From Acetobacteraceae bacterium (GTDB lineage Bacteria > Pseudomonadota > Alphaproteobacteria > Acetobacterales > Acetobacteraceae), in NCBI GenBank assembly GCA_965277495.1, contig OZ255824.1:2687452-2751451 (forward strand): a stretch of DNA of 64,000 nt, in the 5' to 3' direction. Numbering within the stretch: the stretch's first letter is position 1; each line of letters begins with the position of its first letter. The notes under the pieces were generated by a model. It saw only the letters and a list, made by a program, of their open reading frames with translations, was not told the origin of the DNA and ran no database searches. This document shows, piece by piece, positions 18,412 through 29,088 of this stretch. A program made the translations under genes and the position numbers.

Positions 18412-19499
18412 TGGCCAGCCTGACGCTCGTGGGATTGCGCAAGAGCTTCGGCCCGGTCGAAATCCTCAAGGGCGTCGATGTCGCGCTCGCCGATGGCGAG
18501 ATGCTCGTCATCGTCGGCGCGTCCGGCTGCGGCAAGTCCACGTTGCTGCGCCTGGTGGCCGGGCTTGAGGCGCCAACGAGCGGCCGGGTCCTGCTCGATG
18601 GCCGCGACGTCACCGAGGTCGATCCGTCGGCCCGGGACATCGCCATGGTATTCCAGAACTATGCGCTCTATCCGCATATGAACGTGTTCGACAACATGGC
18701 GTATGGCCTGCGCATCCGTGGATTGTCCAGGGACGCGATCAAGCAGCGCGTCAACGAGACGGCGCTGCTGCTGGGCCTGGACCAGCTCCTGGCCCGCAAG
18801 CCGCGCCAGCTTTCCGGCGGGCAACGCCAGCGCGTGGCGATGGGCCGGGCGATCGTGCGCGACCCCAAGCTGTTCCTGTTCGACGAGCCGCTTTCAAATC
18901 TCGACGCCAAGCTGCGCGTGCAGATGCGGGGCGAAATACGCCGCCTGCAGCGCCGCCTGCGGGTGACCAGCCTGTATGTGACCCATGACCAGGTCGAGGC
19001 GATGACGCTGGGCGACCGCCTGCTGGTGATGCATCTCGGCATTCCCGTGCAGCTCGCGACGCCCATGCAGGTGTTCGAGCGCCCGGCGAACACCTATGTC
19101 GCCAGCTTCGTCGGCACGCCGGCCATGAACATCCTGCCGGCAACGCTCGGCCGGAACGGGGCGGCCGTGACCATCCACGGCACCGAGATAGTGCTGGGCG
19201 GCCAGCGTTACCCCGGCGGCAATGGCCATGCCTTGTCCGTCGGCATTCGCCCGGAGCATGTCGTCCTCGGCCGTTGCGGGATGACCCTGCCGGTCGATCT
19301 CATTGAGCCGCTTGGGTCCGAGACCCTGGTGCACGCCCGCCTGCCAGACGGTTCGCTGCTGACCGTGAAGGCGCCGAATTCCTTGATGATAGGGGAAACG
19401 ATCACCGTGTCATTCCAGCCCGGCCACTTGCACGTCTTCGATCAGGAAACCGGCATGCGCCTTGAAAGCGTTGCCGGTGCCGCGAGCTGCGTCGGATAG
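18411..19499 (+). CDS. ugpC: sn-glycerol-3-phosphate ABC ATP-binding protein
   Basis: GASGCGKST, LSGGQRQR, LFDEPLSNLDAKLR, YVTHDQ. GTG overlaps the ugpE stop. Confidence 0.9.
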   Translation: MASLTLVGLRKSFGPVEILKGVDVALADGEMLVIVGASGCGKSTLLRLVAGLEAPTSGRVLLDGRDVTEVDPSARDIAMVFQNYALYPHMNVFDNMAYGLRIRGLSRDAIKQRVNETALLLGLDQLLARKPRQLSGGQRQRVAMGRAIVRDPKLFLFDEPLSNLDAKLRVQMRGEIRRLQRRLRVTSLYVTHDQVEAMTLGDRLLVMHLGIPVQLATPMQVFERPANTYVASFVGTPAMNILPATLGRNGAAVTIHGTEIVLGGQRYPGGNGHALSVGIRPEHVVLGRCGMTLPVDLIEPLGSETLVHARLPDGSLLTVKAPNSLMIGETITVSFQPGHLHVFDQETGMRLESVAGAASCVG

Positions 19500-19517
19500 C
19501 TGGGCCGGCCCTATGTC

Positions 19518-20996
19518 TCACGTGCCGCAGAAAGTCTGGTAGGCGCGGTCGGCCCGCGCGGGCGGCATGGCGTAACGCTCGAAGCCCGGCGTGTCTTCGT
19601 AGGGCCTCGACAGCGCCGCCAGCAGGCGCTCGAACGGTTGAAGGTCGTCGCGTTCCACGGCGGCGGCGAGCGCCTCCTCCACGAGGTGGTTGCGCGGGAT
19701 CACCGCCGGGTTCACTGCACGCATGGCGGCGGCGCGTGCGGCCGGGGCCTCGGGTTCGTCCGCCAGGCGCTCGCGCCAACGTGCGGCCCACCCGTCGTAG
19801 GCGGTGCCGTCCGTGAACAGCCTGCGCACGGCCGCGTCGCCCTCCGGCCCCGCTGCTGCGGCGCACAGGCCGCGGAACGTCAGGGTGAAATCGGCTCCGT
19901 TCTCGGCCATGCGCGTCAGTAGGTCCTGCACCAAGGCGTCGTCGCCCTCGCGCCCGGCGGCGAGGCCGATCTTGCGATACAAGCCGCCGAGATAGGCCGC
20001 CTCGAAGCGCGGGCCGAAGGCGGCAAGCGCCTCCTGTGCCGATACGATGGCCGAGTCCTTATCCTTGCCGAGCAGCGGCAGCATCGCCTCGGCCAGCCGC
20101 GCGACGTTCCAGTGCGCGATGCTTGGCTGGTTGGCATAGGCGTAGCGTCCGGCGTGGTCGATGGAGCTGAACACCGTGGCCGGGTCGTAGGCATCCATGA
20201 AGGCGCACGGGCCGTAATCGATGGTCTCGCCGGATAGGGAGGTGTTGTCGGTGTTCATCACGCCGTGGATGAAGCCGATCAGCAGCCATTGCGCCACAAG
20301 CCCCGCCTGGCGGGCGACAACGCCGTCCAGCAGGGCGCGGTATGGGTTCTGGGTTCCCTCGGCTTCCGGGTAGTGGCGGGCGATCACGTGATCGGCCAGC
20401 AGCCGCGACCCCTCCACGTCGCTCCGCGCTGCGAAATACTGGAACGTGCCCACGCGGACATGGCTCGCAGCGACCCGCGTCAGCACGGCGCCGGGCAGCG
20501 GCATCTCGCGCAGCACGGTTTCCCCGGTGGCCACCGCAGCCAGCGCCCGGGTGGTCGGCACGCCGAGCGCGGCCATGGCCTCGCTGATTAGATATTCGCG
20601 CAGCACCGGGCCCAAGGCGGCGCGTCCGTCGCCCCGGCGGGAGAACGGCGTCGGCCCGGCGCCCTTGAGCTGGATATCGCGCCGGACGCCGTCCCGGCCG
20701 ACGACCTCGCCGAGCAGGATGGCGCGTCCGTCCCCGAGCTGCGGCACGAAGCCGCCGAACTGGTGCCCGGCATAGGCGAGCGCAATGGCCTCCGCCGCCG
20801 CGGGCAGGCGATTGCCGGCGAGGGTTTCCACCCCGTCCGGGCTGCCCAACTCGTTGGGATCAAGCCCAAGCTGCTCGGCAAGCGGGACGTTGATCCGGAT
20901 GAGCCGGGGCGCGGCGACGGGTGTCGGGGCGACGCGCGCATAGAAGCGCTCCGGCAGGCGGGCATAGCTGTTGTCGAACGGGAAATGGACGGTCAT
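19518..20996 (-). CDS. selO: Protein adenylyltransferase SelO/YdiU
   Basis: [54 protein letters not shown]-terminal YQTFCGT. Confidence 0.93.
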   Translation of the reverse strand: MTVHFPFDNSYARLPERFYARVAPTPVAAPRLIRINVPLAEQLGLDPNELGSPDGVETLAGNRLPAAAEAIALAYAGHQFGGFVPQLGDGRAILLGEVVGRDGVRRDIQLKGAGPTPFSRRGDGRAALGPVLREYLISEAMAALGVPTTRALAAVATGETVLREMPLPGAVLTRVAASHVRVGTFQYFAARSDVEGSRLLADHVIARHYPEAEGTQNPYRALLDGVVARQAGLVAQWLLIGFIHGVMNTDNTSLSGETIDYGPCAFMDAYDPATVFSSIDHAGRYAYANQPSIAHWNVARLAEAMLPLLGKDKDSAIVSAQEALAAFGPRFEAAYLGGLYRKIGLAAGREGDDALVQDLLTRMAENGADFTLTFRGLCAAAAGPEGDAAVRRLFTDGTAYDGWAARWRERLADEPEAPAARAAAMRAVNPAVIPRNHLVEEALAAAVERDDLQPFERLLAALSRPYEDTPGFERYAMPPARADRAYQTFCGT

Positions 20997-21132
20997 GCGG
21001 TCGACTCCTCAGCAAAGCTCTGGACGTTTGCGCATAAACAAACGCGCTCGTTGGCGTCATATAGGTCGGCGGCGGCGTGGCCCACCTCGCCGCGAATTGA
21101 ACCCGATTGCGTAGGGTTGCCCGGGCATCCGC

Positions 21133-22380
21133 TCAGCCTCCGGAAGGTGCGCGCGGGTTGGCACTTCCTGCCCGTGCGGCCGTCCAGAACGCAACCTGGC
21201 CGATCACCCCAGCCGCGGCCAGCACGGACGCAGCGGCGAGCGCCGGGTCGCGTCCCAGCCCGGCCAGCGTGGTGCATAGCGCCCCGATCGCCATCTGGGT
21301 GAAGCCGTACAGCCCCGCGGCTGAGCCGATCACCTTCTGGTTAACGCCCAGCGCCTTGGTCAATGCCATGGGGCTCGCCACGCCGACGCCTACGGTGAAA
21401 ACGAACATCGGCCCGACGATGAGCGGCACGCTAAGCGTCCCGTGCAGCACGATGCCCAGCAGGGCGAAGGCCGCGAGAACGGCGGTTCCGCTCGCCCACG
21501 CCAACAGCCGCTCGATCGCTATGCGCGCGGCCAGGCGGCTGGCGAGGACGCTGCCCAAGGAAATCCCGGCGATCAGCAGCGCCAGGTAAACCCCGACCTC
21601 GTGCGGCGACCGGTGCAGCTCGTCCACGAACACGAACGGGGCGACCGCGAGGAAGGCATACAGCGAGGTCGTGGCGCAGCCGCCCCCAATCGCATAGCCC
21701 AGGAAGGCCGGCGAATGCAGCAGCCGTCCGTATTCCCGCGCCAACGACGCCGCGTTGAGGCTGGCCCGGCGCTGTCCCGTTTCCGGCAGCCGGCGCACCG
21801 TGAGCCAGATGTTGGCGGCGCCAAGCCCGCACAGCGCGACGAAGATGGAGCGCCAGCCGAACGCCTCGGACAGCGCGCCCCCGATCAGCGGCGCGAGGCC
21901 GGGACCTAGCGTCACCATCAGGTTCAGCAGCGCGAGCCGCCGGGCCGCGTCCTGGGGCGCTGCGGTGTCGCGCACGATGGCGCGGCCCAGCGCCAGCCCG
22001 GCGCATCCGCCCAACGCCTGGAACAACCGGGCGGCGATCAGCGTGCGCACCCCCGGCGCGAGCGCGGCGGCCAGGCCGGCCACGGTGTAGAGCGCCAGTC
22101 CCGCGACCAGCAGCGGACGCCGCCCGTATCGGTCGGACAACGGCCCATAGGCGAGCTGTCCCACGGCAAGCCCGAGGATATAGACGCTCACGGTGCCCTG
22201 CATCGCCCCGGCGCTGGCGCCCAGCTCGCGCGCCGCCCGCGGCAGGGCGGGCACGAACATGTGCATCGCCAGCGTGCCGCTGAGGGTGATCAGCGCCAGC
22301 AGCCAGAGCGGCGGCATCCGCGACACCACGCCGCCGGACGGTATCGCGCTCCCTGTTGCCTCGTCGCTGTCTCTCGGCAT
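21133..22380 (-). CDS. Bcr/CflA family MFS drug-resistance transporter
   Basis: MFVPALP, YGPLSDRYGRRPLL (MFS motif A), ARLFQALGGC, about 12 TM. Alternative start at 22317. Confidence 0.88.
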   Translation of the reverse strand: MPRDSDEATGSAIPSGGVVSRMPPLWLLALITLSGTLAMHMFVPALPRAARELGASAGAMQGTVSVYILGLAVGQLAYGPLSDRYGRRPLLVAGLALYTVAGLAAALAPGVRTLIAARLFQALGGCAGLALGRAIVRDTAAPQDAARRLALLNLMVTLGPGLAPLIGGALSEAFGWRSIFVALCGLGAANIWLTVRRLPETGQRRASLNAASLAREYGRLLHSPAFLGYAIGGGCATTSLYAFLAVAPFVFVDELHRSPHEVGVYLALLIAGISLGSVLASRLAARIAIERLLAWASGTAVLAAFALLGIVLHGTLSVPLIVGPMFVFTVGVGVASPMALTKALGVNQKVIGSAAGLYGFTQMAIGALCTTLAGLGRDPALAAASVLAAAGVIGQVAFWTAARAGSANPRAPSGG

Positions 22381-22564
22381 CCCGGTCTCCTGGCCCGCTA
22401 TGCTGTTCTGGGCTGTCTTGGGCCGTTTTGCACAGGTCTGCGCTGTGGCCGGATATGCATAATTGATGGAACAGCGGTCAGCGCCGCCACATCTTTGCCA
22501 TCCGTCAATCCTAGATTAACAGTGGACCCGGGTGTCCACCTTCGAACCATGGATGGAGTTTCCG

Positions 22565-22816
22565 ATGAAGAAGTTTACTGCTCTGACGCTTGCGGGCTTT
22601 GCGGCCATCGCCCTGATGGCGGCTCCGATGGCCGCCTATGCGGAGGACAGTACGCCGCAGCCGAAGGGCGGCACCCTGAAGGGCGCGGCGGTCGGCGGCG
22701 TCGCCGGTCATATGATGGGCGGGCACACCAAGACCGGGGCGGCGGTGGGCGCTGCGGCAGGCCATCACGAGAAGGCCAAGTCCGAAGACCGCATCAACGC
22801 CGGCAAACAGCCGTAA
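22565..22816 (+). CDS. Small secreted glycine-zipper protein
   Basis: SD GGAG; signal peptide ending AYA; KGAAVGGVAGH...GAAVGAAAGH glycine zipper. Confidence 0.75.
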   Translation: MKKFTALTLAGFAAIALMAAPMAAYAEDSTPQPKGGTLKGAAVGGVAGHMMGGHTKTGAAVGAAAGHHEKAKSEDRINAGKQP

Positions 22817-22856
22817 CGAGAACACGCTTACAACGGCAGGGAAACCTGGGCGGATG

Positions 22857-22892
22857 GTGCGAACCCTACGGTTCTTTCCGTTGGGTTCGCAC
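22857..22892. terminator. Hairpin between convergent genes, probable bidirectional terminator
   Basis: GTGCGAACCC-t-ACGG-ttcttt-CCGT-t-GGGTTCGCAC (10+4 bp stem). U-tails are weak. Confidence 0.55.
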
Positions 22893-25504
22893 TAACCGGT
22901 GTAGGCCACGTTGAGGTAAGGCACGCCGCCGATGTTCCCCAACGAGGTCGTCGTCCTCGACAACAGGTCGGCCAAAGCCATGCCCGCGAAAGTCACCGAG
23001 GCGGTGACGCCGGTCCCAACGCCGGCCAGCTCCGAATGCATGGTGGCGCCTCGGTAGCCGGACGCGCCGTCGGACGCCGTCCATGGCGTCGTGCTGACGC
23101 CGGGCTGGAACCCCCATACGGTGAGAGCGTCGCCGTGGTGGAAGCCGACGACCGTGCTCCAGGTCGTGCCGTTGCGTCCGTCGACGAAGAACGTGTCCGC
23201 GCCGTCGGCGCCGACCAGGAAGTTGGAGCCGGCACCGCCGTCGAGCACGTTGACGCCGCCAACCGCCGACAATGCGTCGTCCCCCTGGCCGCCATGCATG
23301 AACACGTTGGGCGCCATGGCTGCCATCGCGACCCCGTGCGGCCCGGCCCAGACCTTTTGCCGCTGCAGCGACGCGACCGGACCACAATAGGCGTCGCCGC
23401 CGCTCCGGGAGGATACCATGGACGTGGTGTCCGTCAGTGCGAACATGGGAGCCGGGGATGGAGGCGGTGCCGGCGCTGCAGGCGCAAGGATGGGGCCAGC
23501 GGACGGCATGACCGATGCTGTCATCGGGACAGTCACTGGGCCACGGACGCCAATGTTCGCCGCGACCGTCAAGGTCTGGGACCCGCCCTGGAAAAGTGCC
23601 AGGCTCCCGTGCAGGACCACGGAACCGTCATAGGCCATGCCATCCACATACAGGTTCCGGTCGGCCAGTGCCGACCCGCCCCAGGCGTCGTTGAGGAAAT
23701 CCACCGACACCTGGTGCGCCCCGGTCCCGAACGCGCCGTGGAACGCGAAATCCTGGGTGCGGCCCGCCGCATGGGCCGCGGTGGCCGTCTGCACGCCGCC
23801 GACCGCCTTGCCGTCAACGTCCACGATGAAACGGGCGTCGCCCTGCCATGCGTCTTCGGAGACCGAGAGAATAAGGGTATCCGGGCCGGATCCGGCGGTC
23901 GGCGTGCCCGGCGCGGTGAACGCCACCTCCTGCGTGCCGCCCCGCAGCAGCGCCAACGTGCCGCCCGGCACGGCACTCCCGTCGAACGAAGCGCGGTCGA
24001 GGTAAAGGTTGCGGTCGGCGGCCGGGCTGCCACCCCAGGCGTCATTGAGGTACTTCAATGCGGCGACGTGCCGGCCAGGGGTGAAGTCGCCCCGCACGTC
24101 GAACGTCTGCGAAGCGCCGGCGGCATGGGCGGCCGTGGCCGTCTGCACTCCGCCGACCTGCACGCCGTCGATGAGGACGGCAAATTGGGCGTCGCCGAGC
24201 CATGCGTCGCCGGACACCGACAGCGCCAAGAGATGCGGCCCGGAACCGAGGACGACCGGCGCCGATGTCGGGCCTTGAAACGAGAAGCTGCGCACGCCTG
24301 CCGTCGACGCCCTGGTATCCAGGCCGGAGACGGTTGCGCCGTCGATGGTGGCGGCGGAAATGTAGACGGCGCGGCCTGGGGCCGGGCTGCCCACGAGCTC
24401 GACCGACACGGCGTGGGCGCCTGGACGGAAGTTGCCGGCGATATCGAAAATCTGCGTCTGCCCGGACGCATGCGACGCAGTGACCGTCTGTGTGCCGCCG
24501 ATGCGCACCCCGTCCACGCTGACGATGAACTGGACGCCCCCCGTCCCGGCGTCCCCCGACATCGACAGGGCCAGGGTGTCGTTGCCCAAGCCGACCGCAA
24601 CGGTGGCCGTCGCCGGCAACGGAGGGAGGTCGGCAGCTCCGGTCGGGCCTTTGCCTTTCGCGTCCGTCGCGCCGCGGAAACTGTGGCCGCGTCCGTCGGG
24701 CGACGAGATGAGGCCCTGGGCGACCGCCGGGTTGGCGCCGTCGCGTGAGTAGGCGCGGACATAGTCGACCTTGAAGTCCGCGGCTTCACCGACGGGAGCG
24801 CCGGCCCAGTTGCCGCCGACCGCGAGGTTCACGAGCATGTACATCGGCTGGTGATAGTCGGAGGGGGTCGGCGCCGTCGCGTAAGCCACTCCGTTGAAGT
24901 AGAACGTAATGGAATGCGGCTCCCAGTCGACCCCGAAGGTGTTGTACTGGGTGTACAGGCTGGCGCCGGCGGTGCCGCCCCAGCCGGACTCCGACCCGGC
25001 GCCCGAGGTCTGCAGGCCGTGATGGAGCGAGTAGGCGCCGCCCTCGGCGTTGGTGGTGGTCTGGCCGAACGCCTCCAACACGTCCAACTCGGGCGGCCAG
25101 ACGTGCTGCTGCGGCAACAGCCAGAACGCCGGCCACATCCCAGACCCGGACGGCAGCTCCGCACGCATCTCGAAGTATCCATAAAGCTGCGAGAATGAGT
25201 GGTTCGTGGTGATGATGCCGGACGTGTAGGTTTGGCCCCAGGTCTTCGACGGGTCCGGAGCGGGCGCCGCGTGGATGTCCAGGACCCCGCCTGCCACCGA
25301 GAACGGATTGGCGCCGACCGTCGGGTCGGAATACAGTTCGGCCTCGTCGTTCAGCTTGCGCTCGCCATACGACAGCGTGGTGTCCCAGGTCCCGGTATGA
25401 CCGCGGTTTTGGTAGTTCGACGGCCCATTCGAGCTGAACGAATTAAACTCGTCGTCGAAGGTCAGCTTATAGCCGGTGAGGTCGAGCGCAGTTGGGGACG
25501 GCAT
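22892..25504 (-). CDS. GH16 beta-glucanase with three CBM60-like repeats and RTX-like Gly-rich C-terminus
   Basis: WPAFWLL...PPELDVLE (ExDxxE), YGYFEMRA, three internal repeats, GGQGDD/DGGAGSN/GADGADTF nonapeptide-like repeats. No N-terminal signal peptide. Confidence 0.85.
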   Translation of the reverse strand: MPSPTALDLTGYKLTFDDEFNSFSSNGPSNYQNRGHTGTWDTTLSYGERKLNDEAELYSDPTVGANPFSVAGGVLDIHAAPAPDPSKTWGQTYTSGIITTNHSFSQLYGYFEMRAELPSGSGMWPAFWLLPQQHVWPPELDVLEAFGQTTTNAEGGAYSLHHGLQTSGAGSESGWGGTAGASLYTQYNTFGVDWEPHSITFYFNGVAYATAPTPSDYHQPMYMLVNLAVGGNWAGAPVGEAADFKVDYVRAYSRDGANPAVAQGLISSPDGRGHSFRGATDAKGKGPTGAADLPPLPATATVAVGLGNDTLALSMSGDAGTGGVQFIVSVDGVRIGGTQTVTASHASGQTQIFDIAGNFRPGAHAVSVELVGSPAPGRAVYISAATIDGATVSGLDTRASTAGVRSFSFQGPTSAPVVLGSGPHLLALSVSGDAWLGDAQFAVLIDGVQVGGVQTATAAHAAGASQTFDVRGDFTPGRHVAALKYLNDAWGGSPAADRNLYLDRASFDGSAVPGGTLALLRGGTQEVAFTAPGTPTAGSGPDTLILSVSEDAWQGDARFIVDVDGKAVGGVQTATAAHAAGRTQDFAFHGAFGTGAHQVSVDFLNDAWGGSALADRNLYVDGMAYDGSVVLHGSLALFQGGSQTLTVAANIGVRGPVTVPMTASVMPSAGPILAPAAPAPPPSPAPMFALTDTTSMVSSRSGGDAYCGPVASLQRQKVWAGPHGVAMAAMAPNVFMHGGQGDDALSAVGGVNVLDGGAGSNFLVGADGADTFFVDGRNGTTWSTVVGFHHGDALTVWGFQPGVSTTPWTASDGASGYRGATMHSELAGVGTGVTASVTFAGMALADLLSRTTTSLGNIGGVPYLNVAYTG
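23560..24595 (-). repeat. Three tandem ~115-aa carbohydrate-binding-module repeats (boundaries approximate)
   Basis: Recurring DTL.LS.S.DAW.GDA.F.V.VDG..VGG.QT.TA.HA.G..Q.F...G.F..G.H. Near-identical DNA at ~23765-23803 and ~24120-24158. Confidence 0.8.
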
Positions 25505-25589
25505 GAAAATCCTCGGCCAATGCCTCGATCATATCCCCCGTCACCTTAAGATTTCGTAAGTTTTGGGCCGGCGTATTGGACCGCCGCCG

Positions 25590-25904
25590 CTACGGCCCGT
25601 CTTGCCCCGACGCCATCGCGGCCAGCACTCCACGCGCCCGTTCCACCTCGGGCCACGGCACCTTGCCCAGCGGGAAGTGCCCGGCCAGCACGACGCTGAT
25701 CAATGCGTTCACCCGTTCCAGCCGCCGGCGCGAATCCCCGTGTCCCTGCCGGGCTTCGGCGAGCAGCAGGTCGCGCAGTTTGCAAAGGTGCTCGGTCGCG
25801 GCTGCGAAATCCGTGTCGTCCTTGCGGGGCTTATGCGCGATCGCCTTGTCCAGCGAGGCAAGCGCCGCCCATGCTTGGTCTTCCTGGGCTTGCTCCTCAG
25901 CCAT
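25590..25904 (-). CDS. Small helical hypothetical protein, translationally coupled downstream of Sec-FDH alpha
   Basis: SD GGGAGG; its ATG overlaps the alpha-subunit stop (ATGGCTGA); VNALISVVLAGHFPLG segment. Confidence 0.75.
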   Translation of the reverse strand: MAEEQAQEDQAWAALASLDKAIAHKPRKDDTDFAAATEHLCKLRDLLLAEARQGHGDSRRRLERVNALISVVLAGHFPLGKVPWPEVERARGVLAAMASGQDGP

Positions 25905-28900
25905 GGCCGCCTCCCGCAACCGCCAGCCGGCCCGGACGCAAGCCGCACGTCAGCGCCTTCGTGCTGTGGATGCTGGTGTTGGCATCACCGGTGATCGCCA
26001 GCAGCGCATTGGCCACGTCGCCGCGCGCATAACCCTGCCAGCCGAACACCCAGGGCACGCCGATCTGATAGACGGTCCGGCCATTGATCTGGAACGGGCG
26101 CATGCGCTCCGTCACCATAGCCTTCGCCTCGATCTCGGCCCTGAGCGTCGAAAGCACGGTCCAGCCCAGGTGCTCGATGCCAAGTAGCCCGGCCAGCTCG
26201 GGCGGGATCTCCACGAACATCTCCGGCTGCAGTTCCGCGGTATGCGGGGCGACCCGGCTGATGACGCCGCCGCAATGCAGCTCGGTCAGCCGGAAGGTCG
26301 TCAGCACGTAGGGGAAGCGTGGATCCTCCGGCGCGTGCAGCTCGTTGCCCGGACGGGTCCAAAGCTTGGCGCCCGGATTGAACTGCTGGCCGGGATACAA
26401 CGAGTTGCGCACCGGGCTTTCGACGGGTTCGTAGTGCGCCGGCAACGGCCCGTCCTTCAATCCGGACGGCGCGAACAGCATGGACCGCCCGTCCACCTCC
26501 ATGATGAACGGGTCGTCGCCGCCCAGCGCGTCCATGCCGTGCGGGTGCTTGCTCCAATCCGGGCGGTAGTCGGGGCGCTTGGTTTCCTCGAAGTCCGGCA
26601 CGTCGTCGCCGGTCCACTTGCCCGCGTCCTCGCTCCACCAGACCATGCGCTTGCGCTCGGACCATGGCTTGCCGTCGGGGTCGGCGGAGGCACGGTTATA
26701 CAAGGTGCGGCGGTTGGACGGCCAGGAGAACGCCCAGCCGAGGTGGCTGCCGGGGCCGCCGGGGCCGTCCGGCGTGCGGGACCGCGCCACGTTGTGCCCG
26801 TCCGCCGGGTAGACGCCGCAATACATCCAGCCGCCGCACGCGGTGGAGCCGTCGTCCTTCAATTGCTTGTAGCTTGGCACCTGCTTGCGGTCGGCGACGG
26901 TGTAGCCGTTGATCTCGCGCAGCACCGCCTCGGCGTCCGGTTCCTGCCGCTCGCCACGCTCCGGGTAATCCCATGTCAGCGCCTGCATTGCCGCATCGGA
27001 CGCCGCCGTGCTTCCGGCGTACAGCTCCTTTAACCGCTTGCCGAGGTGGTAGATGAACCAGAGGTCCGACCGGCTGTCGCCCGGCGCGTCCAGCACGGCA
27101 TCGTGCCATTGCACCAGGCGGCTGGTGTTGGTGACGGTGCCATCCTTCTCCCCCGACAGCGCCGTGGGCAGGAAGAACATCTCCGTGCCGATGTCCGCGG
27201 GCGTCGTCTCACCCTTCTGCACCAGGCGGCCCTTCTGCCAAAAGTTGGCGGTCTCGGTCATCGCGAAATCGCGCACCACCATCCATTCCAGCTTGGCGAA
27301 GCCGCGCTCCACCAGTTCGGAGTTGACGGCGCCGACGGCGGGGTTCTGGCCGAGGATGAACTGCCCCTTCACCACGCCCGCCGCCATGGCCAGCGTCATC
27401 GGCAACTGCGACACGTCCCCGGTCAGCTTGGGGATGAAATCATAGCCCCAACTATTCGCCGCCTGCGCGTGCTCGCCGTACCAGGCTTTCAGCAGGCTGA
27501 TCATGTATTTGGGGAAGTTGTGCCACCAGCCGGTCGCCGGCGTCTCGACCTTGAGGAAGCGGTCCAGGGTGCCGTGGTCGTGAAAGGCGTTCGGCTGCGG
27601 CAGATAGGTCGGCAGCATGTTGTACAGCGTCGGGATGTCGGTGCTGCCCTGGATGCTGGCGTGGCCGCGCAGCGCCATGATGCCTCCGCCGGGCCGTCCG
27701 ATATTGCCCAATAGGCCCTGGATGATGCTGGCCGCGCGGATGATCTGCACGCCGGTCGTATGATGCGTCCAGCCGACAGCGTAGCAGAATGCCCCGGTGC
27801 GCTCGCGCCCGGAGTTGCGCGCTAGCGCGTCGGCGACCCGGAGGAACGTCTCGGCCGGGCACCCGGTCGCCTGCTCGACCATCTCCGGCGTGTAGCGGGC
27901 ATAATGCCGGCGCATGATCTGGTAGACGCAGTTCGGGTGCTGCAGGGTCGGGTCCTGTTGCGGCGGGCTGTCGGCCATGCTCTCCTGCTGGCCGGCATCC
28001 GCCTCCTGCTCCTCCACCCGGTGCTCGGCAAGCGGCGCCTGCACGAGCTTGCCCTTGTATTGCCAGGTGTCGTGCTCGTAGGTCCCGGTCTCGGGATCGA
28101 AGCCGGAGAACACGCCGCCCATTTCCTCGGGTCCGCGGTAGCCGTCCTCGATGATGTGGGCGATGTTGGTGTAGCGCAGCGCGAACTCACGGAACCAGAG
28201 ATCGCCCTCGAGGATGTGGCGGATGATCCCGCCGAGGAAGGCGATGTCCGACCCCGACCGGATCGGCGCATGGATGTCGGCCAACGCCGAGGTGCGGGTG
28301 AAGCGCGGGTCCACGTGGATCACGGTCGCCCCGCGCGTCTTCGCCTCGATGACGAAGCGGAACGCGATCGGATGGTTCTCCGCCATGTTGGAGCCCATGA
28401 TGACGACGCAGTCCGAGTTCGCCAGGTCCCACAGGGACATCGTGGCGGCGCCGCGTCCGAAGGTGGCGCCCAAACTGGGCACCGATGAGGAGTGTCAAAT
28501 TCGGGCTTGGTTCTCGATGCTCACCATGCCGAGGCCGCCGCCGAACAGCTTCTTGATGAGGTAGTTTTCCTCGTTGTCCAGCGTGGCGCCACCGAGCGAG
28601 GCGACGCCGACCGTGTGGTTGACCAGCTTGCCGTCCGGCAGCCGCTCCACGAACGTCTCGTCCCGCGCCTGCTTCGTCAGTTGCGCGATACGCTCCATGG
28701 CCCAGCCGAGCGGCCTTTCCTCCCAATGGTCGCTGTGCGGGGCGCGGTAGAGCACCTGGTTGATCCGCTCCGGGCTGAGCAGCACGCCCAGCGTGCTGGC
28801 GCCTTTGGGGCAGAGCGTCCCCTGGTTGACCGGGCTGCGCGGGTCGCCCTCGATGTGGATGGGCTTGCCGTTCTTGGCATAGACGAGCTGCGCGCAGCCG

Positions 28901-29088
28901 ACGGCGCAGAACGGGCAGATGCTGGTGCCGACCCGGTCCGCCTGCTCAAGCCGCGGGCGCAGCGTTTCGGACGCCGTGCTGCGCGCCGCGGCGGACATCG
29001 CGCTCTGCCCGGCCATCTGGCGCGGCAACGACCAATCGCGCAGGAAGCGGGAGATGCGTCGTGCAGGGGTGCGGCGGATTTTCGGCAT
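25897..29088 (-). CDS. fdhA: Selenocysteine-containing formate dehydrogenase alpha subunit (Mo/W-bis-PGD), 1063 aa with UGA read as Sec at 28495-28497
   Basis: ORFs 28495..29346 and 25897..28482 are in one frame, joined by ENQARI-[TGA]-HSSSVPSLGATFGRGAAT (FdnG-like QARVUH). CPFCAVGC...CPKG Fe-S motif; ALRGHASIQGSTD; SD AAGGA before ATG 29088. Confidence 0.92.
28465..28497 (-). promoter_or_regulatory. UGA codon plus bacterial SECIS hairpin
   Basis: UGA-CACUCCUCAUC-GGUGCCCA-GUU-UGGGCGCC: an 8-bp stem (one G.U pair) whose loop starts with GU, 20 nt after UGA. Confidence 0.8.

Noticed and set aside
19518-19520. SelO ends ...FCGT-TGA about 6 kb from the Sec island; possible C-terminal Sec as in eukaryotic SelO
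   Set aside because: FCGT-stop is the usual bacterial ending as I recall it, no GU-loop SECIS follows, and readthrough would run antisense into ugpC.
22522-22539. GTGGAC-N6-GTCCAC palindrome upstream of the glycine-zipper gene
   Set aside because: Only 6-bp arms, with no candidate regulator or second copy seen.
28482-28497. FDH alpha as a nonsense-disrupted pseudogene or two separate genes
   Set aside because: The TGA is at the catalytic ligand position, a SECIS follows, and the complete sel machinery is adjacent.
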